Source: a virus. Taken from it: a stretch of DNA of 64,000 nucleotides. A model generated the notes under the pieces. It saw only the letters and a program-made list of their open reading frames with translations. It searched no databases and was not told where the DNA came from. Shown in pieces: positions 46,952 to 57,500 of this stretch. Within the stretch, counting starts at the first letter, position 1. Every line of letters starts with the position of its first letter. The translations under genes were made by a program, and so were the position numbers. The stretch is taken from positions 5,628 to 69,627 of IMG/VR virus record IMGVR_UViG_3300000062_000003. The stretch is one strand, 5' to 3'.

Positions 46952-48618
46952 CTAATAAAAAGCCAGCATTCCTTTCCACACCCTGCCCATGTTCTTTTGA
47001 GATTGGTGGCAGTATAAAGCAATCAGCATTACAATCTCTAGTAACATCACAACTAGGTAATTTTTCAGTTCCTAGATTTTTCACAGGAGGCCAAGTAGAA
47101 GGAGACAGATTGAGAAAATTAGCTTCTGAAGGGGGGCAGTATTCCAGAGCCAACACAGCCCTGACCCCAGAAGCTGAAGCAGAAAAAGAAGCAGGACTAG
47201 CAGGTGGAATAGGTACAATTGGTGTTAGTAATATCCTCCAAGCTTCTCATCCAAAAGTTGATAAGTTTTTTGATGCTGTAGGCCTAGGGGTTAGTGCTGT
47301 AGATGTAGCAGGATATACCTTAGGATTTGAAGATGGAGGACAAGTACTCTATGGTGAGAATGGGTTTACTGCACCTGCCTACACAACTTATGGTTCGATA
47401 GCACCTCAACCATCAACTGTTGAGCCAACTGTTCCTGTTACACCAAGTTACGATGCTCCAGCAAGAAGAAGCAACCTTATTTGGAAGCCAGGAGTAACTT
47501 CTGCCAATCTAGACCCTGAGATGGTAAGTATTTTAGATGAGTATGACAGACGAGGGGTAGGAATCAGAATCACCAGTGGATTTGCTCAGAATGGACATAG
47601 TGATAAAAGTAGACATTATCATGGTAGGGCTATTGATATCACACCAATACCAGGACAGACATATCAACAACTACTGGCTAATATCAACGCGCACCCTGAC
47701 CTCGTAGATAGATTTATAGCAGCAGGATATAAAATACATGATGAAACTCAAGGGGGCGGTAAAGGATGGTCAGGTGCACATTTACATATCGGAGACGACT
47801 CTAAATTGAGTACTAATAGTTGGAGAACAATGACAGTAAAAGATAATACAGCAATGAATAACTATTTGTCAAATAATGCAAATGAGGCATATAATTTCTT
47901 TATAGGAAAAGGCCTGTCTCCTGTAGCAGCTGCTGGAATTGTTGGTAATTTTATGCAAGAATCTTCGAAAGACCTTAAAACTACAGCATGGAATAAGGCA
48001 GAGGGTGCATTTGGAGTAGGACAATGGAGAGGAGAAAGGTACACTGCATTGAGTGCTTTTGCAAGTAAAAGAGGAGCTTTTAAACATGAGTTTCCTACAC
48101 AATTAGAATTTACATGGCATGAGATGAATACCACACATAAATCAGCACTCAATAAATTAATGGCTGCTACAACAGTAGAGGAGGCAACAGATGCATTCAA
48201 TGCAGAGTTTGAACGTTCTGCGGATAGGAAAGGTACAGCAGGATGGAATAATAGAGTAACATTTGCCAACCAAGTATATAATAGTCATAATACACCTGAG
48301 TTGGGATATCCAGAGTATGCGCCCAGTTATGATATTCCTTCCCAACCACACACCCCTGACCCCCTATACCAATTCAGTAAATACATGGAAGAGTATCTAT
48401 CAAAACAACAAGAGGTTCAACAATACAACTCTGAACAGTTTAATAAGATACAGGAAGAACACCAACAACAACAGACAGAAAAGAAAGCTAAAAAAGCACA
48501 AGATGATGCAATAAAACAAGAATTATTAAATCGACAAAAAGAACGAGATGCAGTATTACAAGCAGCTTCTACATTAGAAATACCAACTGACCAATTAATC
48601 AGAGATTTTGGTATTTGA
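46945..48618 (+). CDS. Virion protein: peptidase M15-like + phage tail lysozyme domain
   Basis: RITSG...SRHYHGRAIDI...HLHI (M15); GLSPVAAAGIVGNFMQES...GVGQW (tail lysozyme). Confidence 0.85.
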   Translation: MVTNKKPAFLSTPCPCSFEIGGSIKQSALQSLVTSQLGNFSVPRFFTGGQVEGDRLRKLASEGGQYSRANTALTPEAEAEKEAGLAGGIGTIGVSNILQASHPKVDKFFDAVGLGVSAVDVAGYTLGFEDGGQVLYGENGFTAPAYTTYGSIAPQPSTVEPTVPVTPSYDAPARRSNLIWKPGVTSANLDPEMVSILDEYDRRGVGIRITSGFAQNGHSDKSRHYHGRAIDITPIPGQTYQQLLANINAHPDLVDRFIAAGYKIHDETQGGGKGWSGAHLHIGDDSKLSTNSWRTMTVKDNTAMNNYLSNNANEAYNFFIGKGLSPVAAAGIVGNFMQESSKDLKTTAWNKAEGAFGVGQWRGERYTALSAFASKRGAFKHEFPTQLEFTWHEMNTTHKSALNKLMAATTVEEATDAFNAEFERSADRKGTAGWNNRVTFANQVYNSHNTPELGYPEYAPSYDIPSQPHTPDPLYQFSKYMEEYLSKQQEVQQYNSEQFNKIQEEHQQQQTEKKAKKAQDDAIKQELLNRQKERDAVLQAASTLEIPTDQLIRDFGI

Positions 48619-48690
48619 TATACATATAAACTTGCACAAAATTTATAAATAAGTTAACTTTGTGGTTCTAAAGTACTAAAAATCATCCAC

Positions 48691-51384
48691 ATGGCATATA
48701 TTACAGATGAATATTTCTATAACAACCCTATTCCTACAAATCAAGGAATAGCACCTGTACCTGCTTCAAATCAAGGTATTACCCCATTTACACCAGGTAC
48801 ATCCGAACCTTCTACAAATGATTTAACCAGATTATTCAATTTTCGACCAGGAAGTGATGTATTAAGTGATGAAGATTTATTAAGAGAATTGAGAAGCACT
48901 GCATCCCCTGCTCTGACTAATAAATATGGACTTTATAATTCTCCATCTGAGATAATGGGAGAACCTACAGACGAACCTTTAGTTCCTCAAACTAACAATA
49001 CACCCCAAACAAATCAACCAAGTAGCTTTCAACAGTTTTTAAATGACCCATCTCTTTTAGCTGGCATATCTGATATGGGAACTAATCTTAATAGGCTAGG
49101 ACGTGCTATTGGCTATAATCCTACTGGAGAAAATATTAGAAATCAAGGACAAGCCAGAAGAGGTAAAACCTTAAGTATTATTGGACATACAGGAGGTGCG
49201 CTATTACAAGGGGCTAAAAATATTCTAGGAGGAATGGCAAGTCAGAGACTCTACCAAGAAACTATGGATGCTTATTATCGTCAACAACGAGAAGCAATGC
49301 AAAACAAGGTAGAGTTTATAGGAAGAAAAGGAGGAGTAATCAGAGAATTTGCCAATGGAGGTGTTTTAGCTGAGTTGGAAGCTGGTGAGTATATTAGAAC
49401 TCCTGATGGACAAGTAGAACAAGTACAAGGTAGGACACATGAGCAAGGAGGAGAGTTGTATAATTTGGAGGCAATGACTGAGGTGACCTCTGACAACCTT
49501 AAAATAGGAAAAGCAGGAATAACTCAGCTAGAAAAAATGTATCCAAATCTAAAGCTTAAACTGAATCCTACTGATACATATGCAGACGTTATTAGAAAAG
49601 CTGAAGCTAGAATAGGTATTCCAAAAAAAGATGAAGAAATACTAGCAGCACAAGAACAGCTGGATACCTTAAATAGAGAAGATACTGCAACATATGGAAT
49701 GAATAGTGTATTCCTCCAAAAGAAACTAGAAACATTACAACAGGAGAAACAATTCTTGGAAGATACTAGATTGGAGTTTATAGATGTGATATTTGGACTG
49801 CAAGAAAGTGGGAAAAGAGGTAAAACACCTAAGACTGACCAGTTTTTTGAGAATGGTGGGTCAGTATCCGAAAACCAGATGAAGATTTTTGCACGCAAGA
49901 CTGGATATCCAATGTCTTATGTTCAAGAATATTTTAAGAGAAAGTCTATTCCTAAATTTGATAATGGAGGGGGAGTAGCTCGTGAATTTGAATTAATGTT
50001 AAATCCACATAGAGTAGGAGCAGATGCTCCAGGTAGTTATACTCATCAAAGTTTGACACCAACTGAAGTAGGCTCTCCAACCTCAGGAGATGTGACAGAA
50101 TCCACATTCACTGACCGCGTAAATACCATACTAAACCTGTTTCCAAAAGCTAATGATTATTTCAACATAGAAAGAGATAAAGCAGGTACAGTAACAAAGT
50201 TAACATTTAAAGAAGCAGATTCAGCCAGACACTTCCAAAAATATATCAACAGGGTTTATGATAACTATGAAAAGTATGCAGGGAAACATATAAAGGATGA
50301 AGCACAAAGAAAAGAATTTAGAGAGGCAGTAGCCTCATTTAGGTTCGATGAGACAGAGAAAGACCCAGTACGTGCCTTTGATAATATATTTGGTAACTTT
50401 ACATCTTCTCGAAGTAATATTGCACTTCCACTAGTAACAACTTCAGAGTTGGAGGCATTAAAAGGTAAGAATATTAATAATTTTTCACAACTTTTTGGGG
50501 ATGGAGTTGATTTAAAATCACTATCTTTGTCTGATGAAACAATAAAACGAATAGAAGGGCTAAAAGAAGAGTTTGGGGATGACTTTGCACCTATGTTAAT
50601 GGGCATTCCAACTCCTACAACACCTTCGCCAACCGCACCAGCAACAACTTCAGAGACTCCACAAGAAAAAATAGACCCTAACAAAGGGTTAGATAATCCA
50701 CCAAATCTACAAACTAATAAAGCTCCATTTAGAACTCCATACATACCAAATCAATATAGGTATGATTATGATACAGTGGATGCGCATTTAATGGTGACAC
50801 CTAGGTTTGGAAGGTTAAATCCAGTTGCAGTAGACCCTACAAGACAAATTAAAGAGGTGTATAATGCAGCAGATGCTGGTTTCGGTAAAATGGAAGGTAT
50901 GGCAGATGCACAAAGACTGGCTGTTACTTCGAATATAATAGCTAATTCGCAAGCAGCTGTTAATCAAGCAATAGCTGATGCTGAGGCGAAAAACACTATT
51001 AATCAATATACAACAGACCAGTTTAATATTGGACAAGGAGATAAAGAAGAGGCTGCTAGAATAGGTGCAATGATGAGTTATGAGCAGAGACAACTAACAG
51101 CAGATGCTATTACTAGAGCAAATAATTTTGAGTTGGAGAATTATAATAGAAGAACAACTATACAGAACTATAATCGTGTTATAAATATGAGAAATACTCA
51201 TAATTTATTTGAAGATTATGGAGTAGACCAGTTTGGTGGGGTATACAGAGCAACTCAAAATGATAAGCTAACACTTGCTGAAAATATAGCTGCAAGACAA
51301 GCACTGTTATCACAAATGGAAGCAGCACAAGCAGGTATAACTGCTCCAACAAGACAACATAATAAAACTACAAGGACATCATGA
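48691..51384 (+). CDS. Cargo/ejection protein
   Basis: 897 aa; ELEAGE...G.THEQGG motif and FxxGG repeats; TAACTTTG at 48655-48662. Confidence 0.75.
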   Translation: MAYITDEYFYNNPIPTNQGIAPVPASNQGITPFTPGTSEPSTNDLTRLFNFRPGSDVLSDEDLLRELRSTASPALTNKYGLYNSPSEIMGEPTDEPLVPQTNNTPQTNQPSSFQQFLNDPSLLAGISDMGTNLNRLGRAIGYNPTGENIRNQGQARRGKTLSIIGHTGGALLQGAKNILGGMASQRLYQETMDAYYRQQREAMQNKVEFIGRKGGVIREFANGGVLAELEAGEYIRTPDGQVEQVQGRTHEQGGELYNLEAMTEVTSDNLKIGKAGITQLEKMYPNLKLKLNPTDTYADVIRKAEARIGIPKKDEEILAAQEQLDTLNREDTATYGMNSVFLQKKLETLQQEKQFLEDTRLEFIDVIFGLQESGKRGKTPKTDQFFENGGSVSENQMKIFARKTGYPMSYVQEYFKRKSIPKFDNGGGVAREFELMLNPHRVGADAPGSYTHQSLTPTEVGSPTSGDVTESTFTDRVNTILNLFPKANDYFNIERDKAGTVTKLTFKEADSARHFQKYINRVYDNYEKYAGKHIKDEAQRKEFREAVASFRFDETEKDPVRAFDNIFGNFTSSRSNIALPLVTTSELEALKGKNINNFSQLFGDGVDLKSLSLSDETIKRIEGLKEEFGDDFAPMLMGIPTPTTPSPTAPATTSETPQEKIDPNKGLDNPPNLQTNKAPFRTPYIPNQYRYDYDTVDAHLMVTPRFGRLNPVAVDPTRQIKEVYNAADAGFGKMEGMADAQRLAVTSNIIANSQAAVNQAIADAEAKNTINQYTTDQFNIGQGDKEEAARIGAMMSYEQRQLTADAITRANNFELENYNRRTTIQNYNRVINMRNTHNLFEDYGVDQFGGVYRATQNDKLTLAENIAARQALLSQMEAAQAGITAPTRQHNKTTRTS

Positions 51385-54300
51385 GTTCAGCATACGGAAT
51401 AGTTAGAAATTATAGCCAGCAATATATTGCTCCATATGATACAGAGCAGTTGATGCAGATTGCTTCATTTAAACAAAATACATTAGACCAGAATAGGAAG
51501 TTGGTAGATACTTATGTAGACCAAATGACTAATTTGGATTTGATTAAAGGGATAGATAGAGACTATTTGAATGCACGTCTTGCAAAAACAATGTCAAATA
51601 TCAACAGTACTGGGGCTGACTTAGGTTCCAGCACTGTTGTACGTAATATCCAGAGACATTTACTATCTGCTGTTGATGAAAATGTAATGGAGGCAATTAA
51701 CTCTACTGCATTAGTACGTAGAGATATGGCCACTATTCAGGCATCTAAAGATAGAAATGATAAAACATATGGGTTGACAAATGAAGCTTGGACGATGGCA
51801 GGGGTGAATGAATACATGGCTTCCAACTCCCTGACCACAAAATATTCTAAATATAACTCAAGACCATATGTAAACTTTATAGATGTAGATGCTGAAGTAG
51901 ATAAAAGAGTAGCCGATTTGATGAATAATAGAGGAGAGACTACAATAGATACTCCTATGAACGATGGTAGGATATTGACTACTAAAGCTAAGAATTTATC
52001 TCCTGACCAGTTGAGAGCTTATGTGCTCAAGACCCTGACTCCGAATGAGCAACAACAACTAATGATAAATGGATGGTATAGATACGGACAAACAGGAGAC
52101 CAAGCATTATCAGAAGCATTCACAGGATATACAACATCTAAACTAACAGGCTTAGATGCAGATATAGGTAGTTACGAAAATAAACTACCATCTTTATCAG
52201 GTACAGAAAAGGACAGAGCATTGGCTCAAATCCAAGAATTGAAAGCTGAAAGGCAAAGGATTGTTTCTACAGTTGAAAACACTACCTCTTCTGATGGTAT
52301 GAAATTATTTTTAGAATCTGAAAGGTTAGTTGAAGGATTAGCCTATAAGTATTCTATGAATCCTACTTCTTACACTTATTCAGAAGATAAAGCATTCTTC
52401 TCTTGGCAGAATTTACAACTAGCACATAGAAAGGATGCTCGTGAAGAAATTGAACTAGGACTCAAACAACAAGAATTTGCACTTAAAGCATCAAATGCAC
52501 AACAACAGCAAGATTTATTGTATGCCCCTACTGTTACCCCAACTCCACCACATGGTAGAACCAATGCAGAGAACAATGCAGCTTTAATGGCAGAGTTTGC
52601 AACCAGTATTCAAATACAAGCAGAGAATATTATTGCTGAGTTAGGTAAGTTAGATACGACTAATTTAACCACTCCAAATAACCCAGAGAGTCTTACTAAA
52701 ATAAGTAAACTTATATCAGATAATCTAGATAAAGTAAAACAAGATACACCTGGAATAACAGATGAAGAGGCTACTATACAGGCATTAGATATGATAGTTT
52801 CAGACCCTAATAATGCTATATATTCAGTACTTCCTAAGAATAGTACACTTGTTAAGCAAATGCAAGACTATCACACTGCTAGGGTAGATTACAGAGCAGT
52901 AGAGGCTTTCTCATATCAACTAATAAGTGATAAGGTAAATTCGGAGACAGTGAATTGGCGTGTATTTGAGAATGCAATAACTGCTGGACTTGGTTATGGG
53001 GAAGCATCTAATCTGATGTACATACCAGGCCTCGGAAAAACAGCTCGTGAGTTTTTCGCTGAGAATCCTCAACTTAGAGATGGAAGAGCTCTGGAGGTAC
53101 ACATGAAGAACAATCCAGAAGATGCAAAAGCTTTTACACAAGCATTAAGTGTTGATAAGTTAATTGAAAATATAAGGACTCTTACTGGACAACATGCTGG
53201 AGCAATAACACGAGTAGCTGCTGATGGTACTATACAGATAAGAATGAATGCTGAAAAATCTGGAGAAAATACTCAAACTACCAGAAATAGGATAACTAGT
53301 GCATTAGTAGCTGATATGGTTCGTGTACAGAAAAATATAGGCAATTCATTTAACCCAAGTTCATTTTTAAGGATGGAGGAGGATAGCCAAGGGCATTTAG
53401 TAATGACTATTAGGCCAACTAAAAATGAGACTGTAGATACATTAGTAGCTAATAGAATACGACAATCAAACTATCAAAGAGATATGTTATCTATGATGGT
53501 TGACCACTCTCCAATACCTACTATGCTTAACTCTGTGCAAGGTTTACTAGAATACACTAAGGCAGGAGAGAGGTCTATACTACCAGGTACCAATATTTAT
53601 GAACGTTATAATAGCACTCTTTCCTCTGTATTTCCAGATGCTGACCTAGAAGCAGTACACACAGAGATTGCAGGTAAGTTACCACAGAATAATGGAATAG
53701 TTGTGACAAAAAAGGATAACCCATATAGACAAGCTCAATTAGTAGGATTAATTTCAGCTGTAACTGATGCAGATGGAAAGGGGGTGGCTGTGGATGAAAA
53801 TGCACCTGTCTTAGTAACACCAAGTAATACTCCTCAAACTGTAAAACTAATCCAACAAGTATACAAAGTGAACAAAGGAGAGTCTGTAGGGTATCCAGTA
53901 GAAAGAGAAGTTCCAGTAAACTATGTACAACATTTGTTTCCTCAGGGTACTGATTTATTAAGACCTTCTAACACAGGGTTTGGAGCAGGTGCCCCTATTG
54001 TAAGGACATCAATCCCATCCTATATGAAGACGGGGGGGAACAGTAATGCCACAGATAGATTAGAAGATTTAGGTATTAGAAGAGAAACTATAGCATGGGG
54101 AGTAGGAAATGATGCTACACAATTTCTACTGGAAAAAGGTAATTTTAATATGTCAGAACAAGAGGCTGCTGCTAGAGGATTTACCCAACAAGCATGGCAG
54201 GAGTATACCACATTAAGAGATGGTATTAAAAGTATCATAGCGACTCCTCAACGATTCTCCCTAGACTCAAGTGATTCTCCTAGAGGTAAGATTCAAATGA

Positions 54301-54503
54301 GTATATATAGGGGTGAGGACAATGCACCATTATTCACATTAGATACAGGGAGAGCCAGTGATGATGTAGCTTTTAAAAGAGCTGTTGCACATTGTCCTAA
54401 CATAGGATTAACAGCTACATTGGCCATTTTGATAGAAAAGATGCATAGGGATGAAGGGGCAAAGGAGCTTCTTCTCCAAATGATAAATACTGAAAGTAAA
54501 TAA
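51381..54503 (+). CDS. Cargo/ejection protein
   Basis: 1040 aa; N-terminal Y..PYD..Q....KQ...DQN pattern; 4-bp overlap with the upstream gene. Confidence 0.75.
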   Translation: MSSAYGIVRNYSQQYIAPYDTEQLMQIASFKQNTLDQNRKLVDTYVDQMTNLDLIKGIDRDYLNARLAKTMSNINSTGADLGSSTVVRNIQRHLLSAVDENVMEAINSTALVRRDMATIQASKDRNDKTYGLTNEAWTMAGVNEYMASNSLTTKYSKYNSRPYVNFIDVDAEVDKRVADLMNNRGETTIDTPMNDGRILTTKAKNLSPDQLRAYVLKTLTPNEQQQLMINGWYRYGQTGDQALSEAFTGYTTSKLTGLDADIGSYENKLPSLSGTEKDRALAQIQELKAERQRIVSTVENTTSSDGMKLFLESERLVEGLAYKYSMNPTSYTYSEDKAFFSWQNLQLAHRKDAREEIELGLKQQEFALKASNAQQQQDLLYAPTVTPTPPHGRTNAENNAALMAEFATSIQIQAENIIAELGKLDTTNLTTPNNPESLTKISKLISDNLDKVKQDTPGITDEEATIQALDMIVSDPNNAIYSVLPKNSTLVKQMQDYHTARVDYRAVEAFSYQLISDKVNSETVNWRVFENAITAGLGYGEASNLMYIPGLGKTAREFFAENPQLRDGRALEVHMKNNPEDAKAFTQALSVDKLIENIRTLTGQHAGAITRVAADGTIQIRMNAEKSGENTQTTRNRITSALVADMVRVQKNIGNSFNPSSFLRMEEDSQGHLVMTIRPTKNETVDTLVANRIRQSNYQRDMLSMMVDHSPIPTMLNSVQGLLEYTKAGERSILPGTNIYERYNSTLSSVFPDADLEAVHTEIAGKLPQNNGIVVTKKDNPYRQAQLVGLISAVTDADGKGVAVDENAPVLVTPSNTPQTVKLIQQVYKVNKGESVGYPVEREVPVNYVQHLFPQGTDLLRPSNTGFGAGAPIVRTSIPSYMKTGGNSNATDRLEDLGIRRETIAWGVGNDATQFLLEKGNFNMSEQEAAARGFTQQAWQEYTTLRDGIKSIIATPQRFSLDSSDSPRGKIQMSIYRGEDNAPLFTLDTGRASDDVAFKRAVAHCPNIGLTATLAILIEKMHRDEGAKELLLQMINTESK

Positions 54504-54510
54504 TTTAAGT

Positions 54511-57500
54511 ATGGCAGAACAAGTAGCTCCAGCACAAGAATTTTTAGCACCTACTGCACCAGCTTCTACTCTACAGCAGTTTATGGCTCCCACAGCACCT
54601 GTAAGTACATCTCCTGAAGTGCAGTACCCTACTGAGCTGAATCTGAATCAGAGTGCAATGTTTCCTCAGATAGGACTTAATACACAAACTTCTGTAGGAG
54701 GATTAGGCTTTACCAACCAACCCATGACTCCTGAGTATAAATCATTATCTAAGGCACAAGTACCCTTTATTGCTCAAGATATAAGAAGAAAAGAAAATAC
54801 TGGACTCACTTATCTTGACGACCAAGCCATAAGAGATAATATTTGGGGACAAATAGCACCTCCCAGACGTTCTATGGTGGAGTATACTGTTAATCAAGAT
54901 GAGGTATTCGGACGATTATCAGATGGAACATTAATAGCTAAAGTTCCAAATTATATAGGTGGAACTGACAATCAAGACAGATTAGCAAAAGGACAGAGCA
55001 CAGCAGAGAGATGGGTAAATGGTATAGGTAAACTTGTAGGTAATACATTTACTAATTTATTAGGTGGAACTATTGGAGTAGCAACAGGGATTACTAATGC
55101 TTTTCAAGAAGGTAGACTATCTGCTATCTATGATGATTCATTTAACAACTGGTTAGATGATTTAAATACCAGAATGGACTATCAGTTGCCTAACTATAAG
55201 TCAATTGAAGAACGTCAGATGGGTCTACTTAGCTCACTAACTACAGCTAATTTCTGGGCTAATGATGTTTTAAAAGGACTTTCTTTCTTGACAGGTGCGG
55301 TATTATCAGAAGCAGTCTGGGGCACTCTCACAGGAGGTGCAGCAACCCCTATAGTAGCAGCTAGAGCAGCAATGCGTGCTAAAAATATATTTTCTACTAC
55401 ACACAGGTTGGGAGATGCAGCAAGAGCTGGAAAGAATGTACTACAAGCATATAATAGGGCATTAATGGCTAATAAAACTGTAGGGGCAGCAAATCAACTT
55501 AGGTTCTTTGTTACTTCTTCATTTTATGAGTCAGGGGTGGAGGCTCGACATATGTTCAATGAGGCGATGGATAATTATATGGATACCTTCCAACAAGCAC
55601 ATGGTCGTACACCAAATCAAGAAGAACTTGCAGAGTTTGTAGATAAAGCACGGGATACTTCTAATGCTGTATTTGGAGCTAATGTAGCCATAGTAGGTAG
55701 TTCAAATTTCTTTCAATTAGGGTCGTATTTTGGACTCAAACCATCCCTGACCCCGAAACTAAAAAACTTTGTAGCCAGAAATGTATTTGGACATAAAGTA
55801 ACAACAAAAGCAGGTAATACATTAGTACAAACTGCTACTAGAGGAAATAGATTACAACGTACATTAGAAACAGGGGTTAATGTATTAAAAAGACCTGTAG
55901 TAGAAGGAGTATGGGAAGAGGGGTCACAGGGAGTTGTAAGTAATGCTGGAAAAGCATGGTTAGATAGTAGATTTAATCCAAAAGCTACAAAAGAAAATAT
56001 AGACCTATCAGAGGCTCTAGCACAAGGATTTTCACAAGCATATGGTACAACAGAAGGTCAGAAAGAAATAGCCTTAGGATTCATTATAGGTATCTTAGGT
56101 GGAGGCATGGCTAAAGGTGAACAAGGCAAGAACATGGTCTTCGGATTTAATGAAGCATCTCAGCAACTATCTGCCGAACAAGCACGGGCTAATGTCTTTA
56201 ATACAGCTGCTGATAATGTGATAAAACAAGGCCTGCCAGCTCATGCACAGAAGCTGCTACGACTAAACCAAGCCTCTACATCACTAGAGGAGGCAAATGA
56301 GTATGCTGAACAAGGGAAGTTAACAGAGGCAGACATTAAACTGTCAGAATCTAATTTTACACAATTACTTGCTGCTACTGAACAAGACAAACTGGATGAG
56401 GTACAACATAACATGAATACTGTTATTGATAGTGCTGACAGGTCTATGTTTGGTAGCGAATTTTCTGAAATTTCGGACGAGGAGTTTGCGTCTTATAAAA
56501 GTGATATGAAAAGCATGTATGCTAGAGATGTTGCAAATTATAAAAAGGCTCTTGAGTATGCACAGGCACTTTCTCCTACTTTTACAGCAGCTGGAAAAAT
56601 AAAAGAAGTAGATAATCTAACTTCAGTGTTAGCTCTTAATATCTTTCAAGGGATGGATAGACAAGGTGCTACACGAGAATTAACAACAGCTATTGGCACC
56701 TTATTGGGTGACACTGGAATTACTAACTCAATGAACACTTTACAAGGTGTATCTGATAGGTCTAGACAGTTAGGTCAGGATTATAATTATAGACAGCAAC
56801 AGTTAGCACAGTTGCAAGATAAGTTGGTTGCTACCCAACAAAAACTAGCTGCTATAGTACCTGGGAACACAGTTTCACAAGAAGCTGCACAAGAACGTAT
56901 AGCAGAGGAAGACAAACTGCGTGGTGATATTGCACAGGTTATAGCTGAAATAACTATAGTACAAAATGAAATAGATGCATTAGGCCAACAGGCTAGTACA
57001 GTTGATGATAGTATGCAGCTTCTCACACATCAGTTTGGACTAACTAATGATGGTACATATCGTGGACATATTTCTCCTATAACAATTGCACAAGTTGCTG
57101 AAGCTATTACTAAAGGAGAGCAATTGCAAAATCTCCTTAACTCAATGCGTCGAGACCCTAATGTTACAGATTCTCAAGTACAAACAGTAGAGTTTCTGTT
57201 ACAGGAGTATCAAAAGAATGTAGCTGCCACAGATAGATTTTTATCTACAGCTGCTAGGTTATCTGATAGACGAATGACTATGGCAGCCCCAGCAGTGGGA
57301 CAATTTAAATGGCTTCCAAATATCGCAGGCAAGTTCATTGAAGCAGCACATAGAAGTAATGAAACAGATGCACCGATTCCCTCAGCATTAGCAGAAAAGA
57401 TAGAACAGGAACATCCTAATTTGACTGAAGAACAGAAGTTTTCTTTAGCTACTCTATTAGCTATGCAGCAACCAACAGCAGAGACTGCAAATAGTACTCC

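Noticed and set aside
54031-54038. G7 runs here and at about 35884 as phase-variable tracts
   Set aside because: Short, encode Gly-Gly in frame, and no alternative-frame product is apparent.
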